Of a stretch of 64,000 nucleotides of DNA, positions 63,201 to 64,000 are shown piece by piece (within the stretch, counting starts at the first letter, position 1; every line of letters starts with the position of its first letter). Origin of the DNA: Utricularia gibba (lineage: Eukaryota; Plantae; Magnoliophyta). Where the stretch lies: assembly GCA_002189035.1 (NCBI GenBank), contig NEEC01000004.1, positions 2,542,001 through 2,606,000 of the forward strand, given 5' to 3'. The notes beneath the pieces are model-generated. The model made no database searches, was not told where the DNA came from, and saw nothing but the letters and a program-made list of their open reading frames with translations. The position numbers and the translations under genes were made by a program.

Positions 63201-63676
63201 CTTATCCATGAAATCCTGCATACTCATCCCGATTCATGATCGAAGGCATCACCGTCATCCTCCCAGTACGCGTTGCCGATTCCGTACCTGCCTTTCGTTT
63301 CGAAAAGATAGCGATTGTGATCGAAATCTTGGGTTTGGCTTCGTAGAAGCATCGATTTATTGTTATTGTTGTCGTTTTTCAATGTGGATGACGATGATGA
63401 TGATGATTCAGAGCGGGATCGACCAGGTCCTCGATACGTCGACGTTCCATCGGGTTGATTGTCGGGAGTGGGAGGCATCATGACGGTGTAGTTGATGTAA
63501 TCGTTGTGGGCAGAGGAAGAGTCCCCCGGAGCGTCGTGTTCCTCGTCACGAGAGAGGCTGACGATGCGGCCGCTGGAAGTTCTGCGGGAGAATTTGACGG
63601 ATTGAGCGGAAGGGCGGTCGTGTTCACCACCGGCCGTGGAAGCGGAAGGGCGGCGGGTGGTGGATGATGTTGCCAT
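60293..63676 (-). CDS. CSLD1: Cellulose synthase-like D1, 5 exons (63676-62712, 62633-62250, 62173-61798, 61717-61324, 61253-60293), with one apparent 1-nt deletion at about 63229
   Basis: GT2 motifs DDG, DCD, TED and QVLRW are all present. The N-terminus [18 protein letters not shown]...[17 protein letters not shown] runs directly into [20 protein letters not shown] with no RING finger, as in the CSLD1 clade. Introns are GT-AG and in phase. Confidence 0.93.
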
Positions 63677-64000
63677 TGCGATGAGGGAGGGGTGCGGGGG
63701 GCAGAGGAATCTTCTTTTCAAGCGTTGGATCAGAAAAAGGGGAGTTCCAAAAATAGAAGCCTTAGGCCACCCACGCCTTGCATGACTCCTGGGGACTTGC
63801 TATTTTAGTGGGGAGCACAAAAGTCGCCTCATTCCTTGGCACTCCAATGACGTGATGTGGCTGGCTGGCTGCATTCGCTCTTCAAAATCTCCTGTAGGCT
63901 GCCTCTTCAACTCCATCCGGAGTGAGTCCTTCAGTGTCCCAATATTTCACAATTCAACAACTGGATGCCAAGTAGAAAAAACAAAAAGGGTAATATTTAC

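Overview
Plant nuclear genomic DNA, probably from a eudicot: AT-rich intergenic space, spliceosomal introns and dense transposon debris. Ten protein-coding loci were reconstructed by eye. They are ATR3/NDOR1 diflavin reductase (+, 12 exons), a UGT85A glycosyltransferase (-), an uncharacterised 7-exon small protein (-), a C-terminally short ANTH protein (+), PPR40 (-), an SD2-5-type G-lectin receptor kinase (+), CCDC25 (-), eIF3L (-), a class II DnaJ (+) and CSLD1 (-). There is also one tRNA-Phe(GAA). Intergenic space holds Athila-type Ty3/gypsy remnants, three solo LTRs with target-site duplications (TSDs), a decayed Ty1/copia, a chromovirus fragment, hAT and PIF/Harbinger transposase relics, and intact-ended MITEs, several of them nested. 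I found no convincing new multi-gene system. The most interesting candidate is an AUG-less, in-frame CxxC-type N-terminal extension of the uncharacterised gene, which may indicate non-AUG initiation. Four separate single-base losses in short homopolymer runs break ATR3 (twice), PPR40 and CSLD1, a pattern more consistent with long-read assembly error than with pseudogenisation. CCDC25 needs a GC-AG intron. Two solo LTRs bracket eIF3L and mimic a gene-capturing retrotransposon, but their TSDs differ. Family and gene names come from recalled protein motifs, not database searches.
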